A stretch of DNA of 64,000 bases from Candidatus Latescibacterota bacterium. Its GTDB lineage: Bacteria > Latescibacterota > UBA2968. This document shows positions 28,227 to 38,306 of the stretch, one piece after another. Each line of letters begins with the position of its first letter. Positions within the stretch are counted from its first letter, which is position 1. A model generated the notes under the pieces. It worked only from the letters and a program-made list of their open reading frames with translations, searched no databases and had not been told where the DNA came from. The translations under genes and the position numbers were made by a program. The stretch spans positions 4,512,001 through 4,576,000 of the forward strand of contig OZ242195.1 of assembly GCA_965205975.1 (NCBI GenBank), read 5' to 3'.

Positions 28227-29732
28227 TTACTCTCCTTTTGGCGTTTTAAAGGCTTGTACGAAGATCAAGAAGTCGCCAAATCCCACTTTGCCGTCCAGGT
28301 CCAGGTCAAAGGGGGCGAATACAGTCGCGTATTCGCCTACGATTTTTCCGTAGGCGTTGGCGAATAGGAGAAAGTCTCCAAAATCTATTTTTCCGTTGCT
28401 GTCAAAGTCTGCGTTGCGGGAGGTGCTGGCTTTGAGAAAAAGTCGTCGGATAGTTCTGAAGATTTCGTCGTCGGGCGCTTTGGGCAGGGCGTAGGTTACG
28501 ACGCCTTCGCAGAAACCCTGTCGCCTTTGTATCAGTGCCATTTTCACTTTGTCTCGGATGCGCTCGGCTGTGCCGGGTTCCCCGTTCCGTTTTACAAATT
28601 GGTATCGGGTTGCCGCTATCATGACGATTAGTGGTATGCGATATCTGCCCGCACCCTGATAGGCAGGTTCAAAGTTCACGGTCCAGCGTCCTTTAACTAT
28701 TTGTTGCCAGTTTTCTTCTGGTACGAGGCCCTGTACAACGGGTTCCTGTATTTCTACGAGTACGGGAAAGTTGGATACGCGCTTGCGGTCATATACGCGA
28801 ATGGTCAGGGTTATATGTGTTTTCTGGTTCACCAGTGGGGCGAGGTTTAATTCTTCTGTTTGCCAGGCTTTTTCGCCGCCAGCCACGTCTTCTTCCCACG
28901 CGATCTGGTCATCTATGAGCAATTGTTTGAAATGGTAGCCCGCTGTTGGTCCTTCATAGCCGTCTTGTTGCGTCAATCGAAGTGTATAGTGCTCGGCGTT
29001 GGGCAGTACGCGAAATTGCCTCTGGAGACTTGCGGCGTCGCCCATTGCCGAGCGGGTGTATGCGGGATAGGAGAATTGCCATCTCGCGGGTGTGTCTCGC
29101 TGGTCGTTGAGCAATTGCCATGTCCGTTGTACGGTTTGCGCGGTTTTGGGATAGGCGGCGACTACGCCGTCGATTGCGTTCCCATAGTTTGCGACAAATG
29201 CCCGGTCCATTTCGGGGTAATACATCAGGGGCCAGAATTCCATGTTGGGGTTGATGGCCCGCGCTGTTTGGCGCATGGTGGATACATAGGCGGGGGTATA
29301 TAGGTTTCGGTTGGCCCAGAAGTCGTCGATTACAAATGCTTTCAAATTGGGATAGGCGAGTGATAATAGCGCGATTTCTTCTGCCCAGCGTATGTAATTT
29401 AGACGAAATGGTTCGGAATATCGCGTGCCGTATATCGGCGGGCTTTCTGTAGGCGGTACGAGATAGACCCAGGTGTCGATGCCCGCTTTTTGCGCTGCGG
29501 GTAAAAATAGTTTCAGGTCTTCCCAATCGGTTTCTCTGTGCCAGATGAGAAAGAAGTAGGTGTTGACGCGGAGTTCCGTCAAGCGGCGTATGAGTACGGG
29601 TATATCTACGCGACCGTCGCTTCCTCTTACTTCCGCGTTGTAATCGGCGATTACAGGCGGCGGACTCGCATGCAGGGGCCCCGCGGTGAATACCAGTAGT
29701 ATCCAGATCAGAACTTTCAATTTGTGAGTCAT
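28227..29732 (-). CDS. Secreted glycoside-hydrolase-like protein with C-terminal dockerin/EF-hand-like domain
   Basis: 501 aa; signal peptide, TIM-barrel-like N-terminus (FVIDDF) and two terminal DxDxxGK.FGDFL.F repeats. Confidence 0.65.
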   Translation of the reverse strand: MTHKLKVLIWILLVFTAGPLHASPPPVIADYNAEVRGSDGRVDIPVLIRRLTELRVNTYFFLIWHRETDWEDLKLFLPAAQKAGIDTWVYLVPPTESPPIYGTRYSEPFRLNYIRWAEEIALLSLAYPNLKAFVIDDFWANRNLYTPAYVSTMRQTARAINPNMEFWPLMYYPEMDRAFVANYGNAIDGVVAAYPKTAQTVQRTWQLLNDQRDTPARWQFSYPAYTRSAMGDAASLQRQFRVLPNAEHYTLRLTQQDGYEGPTAGYHFKQLLIDDQIAWEEDVAGGEKAWQTEELNLAPLVNQKTHITLTIRVYDRKRVSNFPVLVEIQEPVVQGLVPEENWQQIVKGRWTVNFEPAYQGAGRYRIPLIVMIAATRYQFVKRNGEPGTAERIRDKVKMALIQRRQGFCEGVVTYALPKAPDDEIFRTIRRLFLKASTSRNADFDSNGKIDFGDFLLFANAYGKIVGEYATVFAPFDLDLDGKVGFGDFLIFVQAFKTPKGE

Positions 29733-29887
29733 TTAAAAATGTCTTTGCGATAAATTTTTATAGCTTGTTGCCGCTATATGTGACTATATTAGGCAAAGTT
29801 AGTTAAGAAAAAGTAAGTCGTCAAAGGCCTGAAAAGCAACACAAAATGAATTAGCATAATATATTCTGTGACTGAATTGGAGCAACA

Positions 29888-30736
29888 ATGGGCAAACTTA
29901 TAGCTTTTGGTTGGTATGGAGGCAAGTTCAGCCATCTCGATTGGTTGCTTCCATTGCTACCTGAAGCTCAGCATTTCTGTGAGCCGTTTGGTGGTTCGGC
30001 GGCAGTTCTGCTGAACCGAAGGCCATCGCCTGTTGAAACCTATAATGACATTGATGGCGAGATCGCCAACTTCTTCCGGGTGCTGAGGGATCGTAAGAAC
30101 AAGTTGGTAGAGGCAATTGGTCTGACACCATTTTCCCGTGAAGAGTTCGAAAGTGCGATTAATGAGCTGGCTCACGACGTATCAGATGTAGAGAGGGCAA
30201 GACGTTTTTATATTCGCGCCAGGCAAGTCCGCACTGGCTTGGCGCAGAAGGCCAGCGCAGGTAGATGGGCGCACTGCCGCCTGACGAGCCGCGCAGGTAT
30301 GGCGGGAGCTGTCTCTCGATGGCTTGGAGCCGTTGAAGACCTTCCCCTCATTGCACAGAGGCTTCTTCGCGTTCAGATAGAGAATGACAAAGCAACCAAC
30401 GTGATCAAGCGTTATGACAGCGAAGACACCTTGTTCTATTGTGATCCACCTTATCCTCATGATTCTCGTGGCGACATCAATGCCTACGGCTACGAAATGA
30501 CGGACGATGAACACAGAGAGTTGGCTGAAGTGCTCCATAAGGTAAATGGCAGAGTTGCCCTATCCAGCTATCGCTCCAAATTGATGGACGAACTCTATGG
30601 GGATTGGCGTTGTATAGAAGCCCCTGCAAAGGTCGTTCATTCTGTGAAAACCTTCAGACAAGAACTCCTCTGGATAAACTACGAACCCGATAGTGTGGAG
30701 AGTCCACGCCCAGTCCACCAGGAATCCTTTCTATAG
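29888..30736 (+). CDS. DNA adenine methyltransferase (Dam/D12-class N6-MTase)
   Basis: 282 aa; WYGGK, EPFGGSAAV, YNDID and YCDPPY motifs. Confidence 0.9.
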   Translation: MGKLIAFGWYGGKFSHLDWLLPLLPEAQHFCEPFGGSAAVLLNRRPSPVETYNDIDGEIANFFRVLRDRKNKLVEAIGLTPFSREEFESAINELAHDVSDVERARRFYIRARQVRTGLAQKASAGRWAHCRLTSRAGMAGAVSRWLGAVEDLPLIAQRLLRVQIENDKATNVIKRYDSEDTLFYCDPPYPHDSRGDINAYGYEMTDDEHRELAEVLHKVNGRVALSSYRSKLMDELYGDWRCIEAPAKVVHSVKTFRQELLWINYEPDSVESPRPVHQESFL

Positions 30737-31830
30737 TTTTTCAGCGTGCATCCGAGAATCTCGATAAGTCTCTCATAGACGATGTCGGGATAGCGAACAG
30801 CATAGAGTATATTTGCAGGAATGTACAGAACAGGGCTGGTACTCGACTATTGATGGCTTCATTACTCGCCAAAATTCATCGCCCGGAGGTGGATATACGC
30901 AAGCCTTACACTGAAATTGGAGATGACGACACCTACTCAGGAAGGACCTACGACGAATCCTATGTATCCACATTCATCAACCAGCATGATCTTCCCTGTA
31001 ACTCAACCACTGCATTTCTAACGCCTGCGTTCAGAAATAGGAATATTGTGTTGACGCCAGATGTGAACCTTGTGGGACGACCTCCGAAATTATACCAGAC
31101 AGTTCTACAACTCCTCAACCATGTATATATGGGTAGAGTTTCACCAGATGATTTGCTGGCAGAAACTGTAAGACATCTTCTTATAGTTAGAAATGAGGGG
31201 CAGCAACAAATCACGTCATTGCGTGCAGACTTGAAAACCTCAGAAGAATCCGTTCCTCTTTCATCTGAGGCTATCGTTTCCCTCATCCAACAACATCTCG
31301 CCTCTCCTCGTTCAAGTCGGCTGCCAGTACTGGTTGTCGCGGCGGCCTACCAATGCGCTTCCGATCACTTGAGAGAACGAGTGCTTCCACTCGAATCTCA
31401 CACATCCGCCGACGAACAGACCGGAGCACTTGGGGACGTACAGATTACTTTGATTGGTGACGACGCTGTGGCCACGGCTTATGAAATGAAAACAAGGCGC
31501 GTGACGCAGGAGGATATTAATCGCGCTCTTCAAAAGCTCAGCACCAGTGGCCTGAGAATAGACAATTATATTTTTATTACTACGGACGAGATTGACCAGA
31601 GAGTTCAAGAATATGCCAAAGGTATATACGATGAGACTGGCGGTATTGAGGTAGTTATTCTGGATTGTATAGGCTTCTTGCGTCATTTCCTGCACCTGTT
31701 TCACAGGATTCGCACAAATTATCTCGAAGCCTATCAAAACCTCGTCCTCGCTGAGCCGCATAGTGCTGTCAGCCAACCCCTGAAAGTGGCGTTCTTGGCT
31801 TTGCGCCGGGCGGCTGAGAGCGGTGAATAA
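30706..31830 (+). CDS. Probable type II restriction endonuclease (SacI-family-like PD-(D/E)xK); start uncertain (ACG at 30706 vs TTG 30850/ATG 30853)
   Basis: Follows and overlaps the MTase; H.SAD..TG.LGD...YEMK catalytic-like segment. The frame is open from 30694. Confidence 0.65.
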   Translation, partial: TPSPPGILSIVFQRASENLDKSLIDDVGIANSIEYICRNVQNRAGTRLLMASLLAKIHRPEVDIRKPYTEIGDDDTYSGRTYDESYVSTFINQHDLPCNSTTAFLTPAFRNRNIVLTPDVNLVGRPPKLYQTVLQLLNHVYMGRVSPDDLLAETVRHLLIVRNEGQQQITSLRADLKTSEESVPLSSEAIVSLIQQHLASPRSSRLPVLVVAAAYQCASDHLRERVLPLESHTSADEQTGALGDVQITLIGDDAVATAYEMKTRRVTQEDINRALQKLSTSGLRIDNYIFITTDEIDQRVQEYAKGIYDETGGIEVVILDCIGFLRHFLHLFHRIRTNYLEAYQNLVLAEPHSAVSQPLKVAFLALRRAAESGE

Positions 31831-31922
31831 TTCGATATTTTGAGTAAGTGGTCAGTAAAAAATCTGAGCTTGCTTTAAGTGAGCATTTGACGATATCGCA
31901 GAGCCTTTTTTTCTAAAACACT

Positions 31923-33911
31923 ATGGCCCTTCCCGAATCCCTGTCTCCCACATCTGAAGATGCCCAACGAAGAGCGGCGCGCATTACGCCTCGCAGTGTC
32001 GCGTTGGGGCTTCTGATTTCTTGTCTGGCGAGTGCATGGGTGACGTATTCCCGCACGGCTGCAAATACTTCCGCAGTTAATATTACGCATCTTCCGGTTT
32101 CCATTTTTGCGATTTTTTTGTGCGTTTTTATTGTCAATACACTTCTGAAGATTCGGTTCGACAGGCAGGGTCTGGCTTCTCGAGAATTAGCTGTTATTTT
32201 CGCGATGGGGCTGATTGGTGCGATTATTCCCGCGCGTGGGTTGACCGGTGTCTGGCTGGGGCTGATGGCCGCGCCTTATTATCTGGCTACGCCGGAGAAT
32301 GGGTGGATTGACAATGTTCAGCCCTTTCTTCCGCCTTATCTCTTTCCTTCCAATGATCACCAGCAGACGACGTTTTTGTACGAGGGGCTACCATCTGGGG
32401 TGCCCATTCCGTGGGAGGTGTGGGTCGGGCCGATTTTCTGGTGGATTACGCTGATTTTGGCCGGGTTTGTGGTGTGTTTCTGCCTGGTGGTTATTCTTCG
32501 CAAGCAATGGGTTGAGAGCGAGCGCCTGGATTATCCTTTGCTCGCGCCTATTCTCGAGATGGTTGCGGAGACGCGCGATTCTTTGGGACGAAGCGGCTGG
32601 CCGGTCCTTTTTCGGGGGTATCTCTTCTGGATTGGTTTTGGGCTGGCGTTTGGGATTATCGGGTGGAATATTATTACTTATTTTTATACGACGGTGCCCC
32701 GCATTAGCATGAGTCCTAATGGCGGGCTTTTTTATTTTGCACGCCTTTTTCCGCCGTTGCTGACTCATATTAATACTTATACGATTGGCTTTGGATATTT
32801 TGTGAATCTGGAAATTCTTTTTTCGATCTGGTTTTTCCACTTTTTGTTGATGGGCGAGATTGCGCTTATCCGGAAGACGGGCTTTCAGTTTGGGCGCATG
32901 CACCAGAAGGGCGGCGGATGGGGAGATCCCCTGGTGCAGTGGCAGTGTATGGGCGCGCTTTTTGTGTTTGTGGCATGGGGACTCTGGACTGCGCGGCGGC
33001 ACTTGAAGGCGGTTTTCAGGAAGGCGTGGCATAATGATCCCGATGTGGATGATGCGGATGAGCTTCTTTCTTACCGCACGGCTGTGAGTGGCTTGGTTGT
33101 CGGCGTTGCCTATATCATAGCCTATCTTTTGAAGGCGGGGGTCGCGCCGGGGCTTTTGATGATTACGATACCGGCGGCGATTGTTATTTATATTGCGCTT
33201 GCCCGTTTTGTGTGCGAGTCGGGTACGCTGTACCTGGGTATTCCCACGACGCCTCTGGATATGGGTTTTCAACTGATCGGTACGGTTACGATTGATCCGA
33301 GGACGATTGCCGTGGGTTCTACGGCTCACGCGTTGCGCTGGATGCTGTTTATGCCGGCGCTGTCGCAGAATGCCAAAGTTTTTGACCGCGTGCCGGGCAA
33401 TAAGCGCGCGCTTTTTTGGGTGTTGCTTTTGGGGTTGGGCGGTGCGCTGGTGGTCAATATTTCGATGGTGCTCTATCTGGGCTATACACACGGGGCGTAC
33501 AATTTTACGGAGTATCCGTTTACCCGGTACGCGCCCCGGCTGTACGACGCGATTGTCACGAAGATCAAATCGCCCGAGCCGGCTTCATGGGAGCGGATGG
33601 TGCTGTTCGGCTTTGGAGGCTTCATTTTTGCGATTCTCACGGCGCTTCGGTACCGCCTGCCCTGGTGGCCCATCCATCCCGTGGGTTTTATTATTACGAC
33701 GACGAGTATTCTCCACGAGATTACATCTCTTATTATTGTCTGGCTGTTCAAAGCTATCGTTATCCGGGTGGGCGGTGTGTCTCTTTATGAAAAATACCGC
33801 CCGCTCTTTTTCGGGATTATTGCGGGCAGGGCGACAGGGGTGCTGGTTTCGTTTGTCGTGGATTTGATCTGGTTCCCCGGGGGTGGGCACGGGGTACACG
33901 GTTGGGCGTGA
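31923..33911 (+). CDS. DUF6785/DUF6784-family polytopic membrane protein (paralog of 4155..6140)
   Basis: 662 aa with the same motifs: PYY.ATPENGW, PW..W.GP.FWW, RKQW...ERL.YP, WWPIHPVG and GH.VH.W. Confidence 0.75.
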   Translation: MALPESLSPTSEDAQRRAARITPRSVALGLLISCLASAWVTYSRTAANTSAVNITHLPVSIFAIFLCVFIVNTLLKIRFDRQGLASRELAVIFAMGLIGAIIPARGLTGVWLGLMAAPYYLATPENGWIDNVQPFLPPYLFPSNDHQQTTFLYEGLPSGVPIPWEVWVGPIFWWITLILAGFVVCFCLVVILRKQWVESERLDYPLLAPILEMVAETRDSLGRSGWPVLFRGYLFWIGFGLAFGIIGWNIITYFYTTVPRISMSPNGGLFYFARLFPPLLTHINTYTIGFGYFVNLEILFSIWFFHFLLMGEIALIRKTGFQFGRMHQKGGGWGDPLVQWQCMGALFVFVAWGLWTARRHLKAVFRKAWHNDPDVDDADELLSYRTAVSGLVVGVAYIIAYLLKAGVAPGLLMITIPAAIVIYIALARFVCESGTLYLGIPTTPLDMGFQLIGTVTIDPRTIAVGSTAHALRWMLFMPALSQNAKVFDRVPGNKRALFWVLLLGLGGALVVNISMVLYLGYTHGAYNFTEYPFTRYAPRLYDAIVTKIKSPEPASWERMVLFGFGGFIFAILTALRYRLPWWPIHPVGFIITTTSILHEITSLIIVWLFKAIVIRVGGVSLYEKYRPLFFGIIAGRATGVLVSFVVDLIWFPGGGHGVHGWA

Positions 33912-35326
33912 GGGGAAGTGTGAAGTGGGAGTATCCATCGCCATTCAGGTCCATATCCGCATTAAATCCATCATCACCTTCGGAGAGACCAAACACATCC
34001 ACAAAAAGTAAGAAATCTGCTACATTGACCACACCATCATCATTAAAGTCTGCGATCAGACGGACAGTCATAGAAAAACTGCCAGTTCCTGTCCTGCCGT
34101 GATCATCGGTCACAGTGACAGTAAGCGTGAAAGAGCCTCTCTGTGTGGGGGTGCCAGTGATTTGTCCACTGCTCGAATTGATAGACAGACCAGCACCCGT
34201 GGCAGGATTGCTGGACATGGAATAGGCATAAGGCGTTTGTCCGCCTGATGCTGAGACTTGAATAGGGGTAATGGGACTGTTGGTCTGCACAGCACTGATT
34301 TCGACGGATATATCGTCTATTGTCGAGACGCTCACACGCGGTCTGACGCGCATAGTGAAATAGCGACTTTCCTGTGTGGGGGGAGCACGACCAACGATAG
34401 CATTTCGCACTGCGACTGTGATCCTGAAGTCGCTACTCACTGTGGGTGTGCCAGTGATGCGGCCATTCGAATCAATAGAAAGACCAGAACCTATGGGTGG
34501 GTTGTGCGCTGGGAGAGGGGCATTCGCTGGGGGAGGGGTGCTCCCTATCCAATACGTATAGGATCCGCTACCCCCCGATGCTTTTACCTGTATGGTGTCA
34601 ATTGCCACATTCTGAGTGGCTATCACATCCGCTATTGCCGCGATCTCTATGGGCCGAGTAGCCGCAGAAACAGACAGATTAAACGTTGTCGATGCCTCAC
34701 CACCTACAGCATCCCGCACGGTCACTGTAATGTCAGAGTTACCAGCCGCTGTGGGTGTGCCTGTGATGAGAGCCGTGTTTTGATTTTGATTCAGGACGAT
34801 ACCCGAAGGCAAGTCAGATGTGGAATAGGTATAAGGTGTCCACCCTCCTGATGCCGTCACCGATATATCTGTAATTGCCCCATTTTGAGTGGCTGTCACA
34901 CCCGCTATTGATGCGATTGTAAGGGATGTGTTATAAGTATTGCTCAACAATGTCATATCCGTCAACATCTGCGTCCCTTGCAAATCCAGGCCAACCACTG
35001 CGTATTGAATTGTACAATGGCTCATGGTCAAATCGCCATAATTCCTGATGCCATACCAGTCTCCTGCCGCAGGCGTTGAACTGTCGGAACGAAATACAAC
35101 GGGCTGCGAGCTTGTTCCATTGGCGTTTATCTCTCCGTAGTTGATAATATCGATGTGATTTGCATCTTTCATGCCGTGAATATCTCGATTGGGAGCGGCT
35201 CTGATCACCGTGCCAGCGTCAATTGTCAAGGTCGCGCCAGGATAGACCACAATATCACCAATCAGATTTATTGTACCGCTCCAGCTAACGTCTTGCACAA
35301 TTGGGAATTGTTGGAACTCGGTATAA
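33817..35326 (-). pseudogene. 3' fragment of the IS-disrupted surface protein (beta-helix-like region, putative Ig repeats, truncated dockerin-like tail)
   Basis: Three ASGG..PY.Y...G.ITGTPT repeats; ADFNDDGVVNVADFLLF..FG...DLNGDG, then out-of-pattern sequence. In frame with the upstream fragments once the IS elements are removed. Confidence 0.85.
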
Positions 35327-36690
35327 CAATACTGTGAACAAAAAAAGATAGAAGTTTTGACAAAAAAGTGCCGTTCACGCAGATTTAAGGTGTCTTAAAC
35401 GCCCAAGTCAAAGATACCCCACATCTGGAGAGACGGCACAATGGAACTGGCAATAAAGATACTCAATCGCATAAAAATATCCAAACCGCAAAAGAAATTT
35501 CTGTTGACCCTTTTTACAACGATTCTCGTCACACGCGGGAAGATCAACTTTCGCAATATGAGTCGGTATAGTGATTTGTGTGAGCATACCTATTCTCGCA
35601 ACTTTGCTAAGCCATTTGACTTTATCCGATTTAATCGGCAGGTGATTGATGAAACCTTTGGAGAAGAAAGTGACCGCATCCTGGCCTTTGATCCCAGTTT
35701 CATCAAAAAAGCAGGTAAGCATACCTTCTCACGCGATGCGTTTTGGAACGGATGTGCTTCAAAGGCACAAAAAGGGTTAGAAATTTCAGCGTTAGCCGTC
35801 GTAGATATAAAAAAGCATACGGCACTGACCTTGTCTGTCGAACAGACCCTCTCGCAAGAAGAAGCCAAAAGAAAGGGTCAAGAGGCTCATGGTAAGGACA
35901 AAGATGTGCATACGACAAGAATGCAACAATATCTTGACCATATCGGCAAGGTGGCACCCCATTTGGCTGCGTGTGAACACTATATCGTCGTGGATGGCAG
36001 CTTTGCCAATGCCGATTTTATTGACGGCATCACCGCCTTGAACAAGGATATTGTAGGCAAACTGCGATGTGATGCCAACTGTCGCTATTTATACAAAGGA
36101 CCCAAAAGACCAGGCAGAGGACGACAGAAAACTTATGATGGCAAGGTCAATTGGCAAGACCTGTCCCGATTTGACTTTGTAGGCCAAGAGGATGACCTGA
36201 CCCTTTATAGCGGGCTGCTCAACCATATCTCATTTAACCGCAATCTCAAAGTCGTTGTCCTGCTCAAACAAGCAGAAGGCGAAACACCCTGCTATGTGAT
36301 TCTCTTTTCTACAGATGAGACACTCGATGCTTGGCAGGTCTATCGCTATTACAAAGCACGCTTCCAAATAGAGTTTCTCTTCCGCGATGCCAAACAGTTT
36401 ACAGGTCTGGCCGATTCTCAAGCACGGGATCAGGCACGCCTCGACTTTCATTTTAATGCGTCTTTGACCACCTTAAATTTGGCCAAATCTGAATGCCTCA
36501 ACGCGAAAAAGAAGGACGGCGTGCATCGCTTCTCTATGGGCAGTGTGAAAATCAGGGCATTCAATCAACATTATCTCAATCGAATTATTCGCATCTTCGG
36601 GTTGGAGCACACTTGCATCAAAAAACGACCTGAATATCAATCCCTTAAGGATTATGGCGCACGCGCCGCTTAAAACTGTTCACAGTATTG
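35327..36690 (+). mobile_element. Complete insertion sequence, 1364 bp (DDE, IS4/IS701/ISH3-like superfamily; family not assigned)
   Basis: 14-bp TIRs CAATACTGTGAACA / TGTTCACAGTATTG and 5-bp TSD TATAA (35322-26, 36691-95). Confidence 0.9.
35441..36673 (+). CDS. DDE transposase
   Basis: 410 aa; AFDPSF, VVDGSF and Y..RFQIEFLFRDAKQ (YREK-like signature). Confidence 0.9.
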   Translation: MELAIKILNRIKISKPQKKFLLTLFTTILVTRGKINFRNMSRYSDLCEHTYSRNFAKPFDFIRFNRQVIDETFGEESDRILAFDPSFIKKAGKHTFSRDAFWNGCASKAQKGLEISALAVVDIKKHTALTLSVEQTLSQEEAKRKGQEAHGKDKDVHTTRMQQYLDHIGKVAPHLAACEHYIVVDGSFANADFIDGITALNKDIVGKLRCDANCRYLYKGPKRPGRGRQKTYDGKVNWQDLSRFDFVGQEDDLTLYSGLLNHISFNRNLKVVVLLKQAEGETPCYVILFSTDETLDAWQVYRYYKARFQIEFLFRDAKQFTGLADSQARDQARLDFHFNASLTTLNLAKSECLNAKKKDGVHRFSMGSVKIRAFNQHYLNRIIRIFGLEHTCIKKRPEYQSLKDYGARAA

Positions 36691-37258
36691 TATAAGGAAC
36701 ATTAACCTTATCATAACCACTCGCTCCCCAACTGCCCCAACCACTATGAAATGGTCCATCAGCAGCATAATTAATTCCAATGCTTGGGATGGTTACAGTT
36801 CCCCATACTGCTTCTGTACCTAACCAACTCATTTCTGGTGACAAACCCTTATTGGGTTGATCTGGATCTGGATTGGGTAAAAGTATTAAATCATAAGATT
36901 CTGCAACATCGGGTGTGTCCTCAACATTGGTGCTCAGGACAACGCCACTCTTTGTCAGGTCTTCATCAACACCGAATTTACCAGCACTGGTATAATTGCC
37001 TCCTGTGGGAAACGAGCCATGGGAACCTGCTCCTACATATACAACTGGATGCGTTTCGCCTTCAGCCGGTGCAAAATTTATTCGAGGATTGAAAATTCTT
37101 TCACCCTTGCTGGTATAATTCATACCTTTGCCATGAAATTTGTAGTCGATTCCAACGAGTTCTGCGTCATTTGGATCATAAGATGTTACGCGAACATTAA
37201 CGTGCGGCCAATCCCCTTCGTGGTCATTTTCCCAATCATTAAAGGGATAAAAGTAATA
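36691..37258 (-). pseudogene. Middle fragment of the IS-disrupted surface protein (Vps62/NPP1-like domain)
   Basis: Reads (QY)YYFYPFNDWENDHEGDWPHV...HPVVYVGAGSHGSFP. Confidence 0.85.
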
Positions 37259-38306
37259 ACGTGATGTGTGACTTTAAATAGACAAAAAGAGGTTCCTCGG
37301 CTATCTTGGATTGTCCATAAAACAAGAAGCCATACAACGAAAGGAACCTCCGATGTATAATTTAGCCCTTTTTGTCATTGCAATCTACTGTTTTATTGAA
37401 GACGACCTCTATCCAGCGTATTGTGAGGTGCATGGCAAGCCGCGTCGGGCAGGCTTTGACCCCGGTTTAAGTGATGTGGAATGCCTCACCATAGAAATTG
37501 TGGGTCACTTTTTGGGGTATTCAAGCCAGAAGAAACTTTATGAGCAGATGAAAGAACATTTTTCTTGCTGGTTTCCCACTTTGAAAGATCGTCCGGCCTT
37601 TGTGCGTCAATGTGCCAATTTGTGGGTTGTCAAGATGTGGATGCAACAGCGGATTGTGGCCTGCCTCGAAGGGCATCAGGCGTCCTGTCAGATCATAGAC
37701 ACCTTGCCCTTACCCATCTGTAAACTGGCAAGGCGACACACGCGCAAGATTTTTAAAACAGAGCCTGTCTTTGAGTTCCCTACCCCTTCAAAAGGCTTCT
37801 GTGCTGCTAAAAACGAAGCCTATTTTGGTTTTAAGGGCGGTCTGAGGATCACGGATTATGGCCTTATCCTCCACGCACCCATCCTGCAAGCCTATGGACA
37901 CGACAAGCAGTGCCGAGACGCACTCATAGAAGGCACAATGGGAGATACAACCGTCTTAGCCGATTCAGCATTTATGGATTTGGACTGGCAAAAAAGGTGC
38001 TTTGATACCTACCGCATACGCATAAAGACACCCTTAAAGTCCAATATGAAAGACAATCCACAACGCACCCCTTTCATTTTGCCCAAAGCCAAGAGAACCA
38101 CAAGGCGATTAGTCGAAACCGTTTACGCACAATTGACTGAACGTTTGCATATTGCGCGCATGAAAGTGCGAGATGCTTGGCATCTATTAAACTTGTGGCA
38201 TACCAAAATCTTAACCCATACCATGTGTGTCTTTCTAAATATCATCAATTACAGAGACCCGCTGGATTTTGACGGCCTCGTAACATTTTGAAGTCACACA
38301 TCGCGT
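37259..38306 (+). mobile_element. Complete IS982-family insertion sequence, 1048 bp
   Basis: 20-bp TIRs ACGTGATGTGTGACTTTAAA / revcomp ACGCGATGTGTGACTTCAAA (2 mismatches) and 8-bp TSD AAGTAATA (37251-58, 38307-14). Confidence 0.9.
37353..38291 (+). CDS. IS982-family transposase
   Basis: LSD.E.LTI, IIDT.PLPIC, G.CAAK...YFGFK, LADSAF and RR.VETV..QL motifs. ATG at 37353 follows AAGGA. Confidence 0.85.
   Translation: MYNLALFVIAIYCFIEDDLYPAYCEVHGKPRRAGFDPGLSDVECLTIEIVGHFLGYSSQKKLYEQMKEHFSCWFPTLKDRPAFVRQCANLWVVKMWMQQRIVACLEGHQASCQIIDTLPLPICKLARRHTRKIFKTEPVFEFPTPSKGFCAAKNEAYFGFKGGLRITDYGLILHAPILQAYGHDKQCRDALIEGTMGDTTVLADSAFMDLDWQKRCFDTYRIRIKTPLKSNMKDNPQRTPFILPKAKRTTRRLVETVYAQLTERLHIARMKVRDAWHLLNLWHTKILTHTMCVFLNIINYRDPLDFDGLVTF

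Noticed and set aside
33817..33930. C-terminal tail YSHFTLPLTPNRV... overlapping the DUF6785 gene
   Set aside because: This is read-through past a truncation point into the antisense strand of the neighbour, not a real overlapping domain.
35327..38306. Composite transposon carrying the middle segment
   Set aside because: The two IS elements are different, each has its own TSD, and the middle segment is in frame with the flanking gene.
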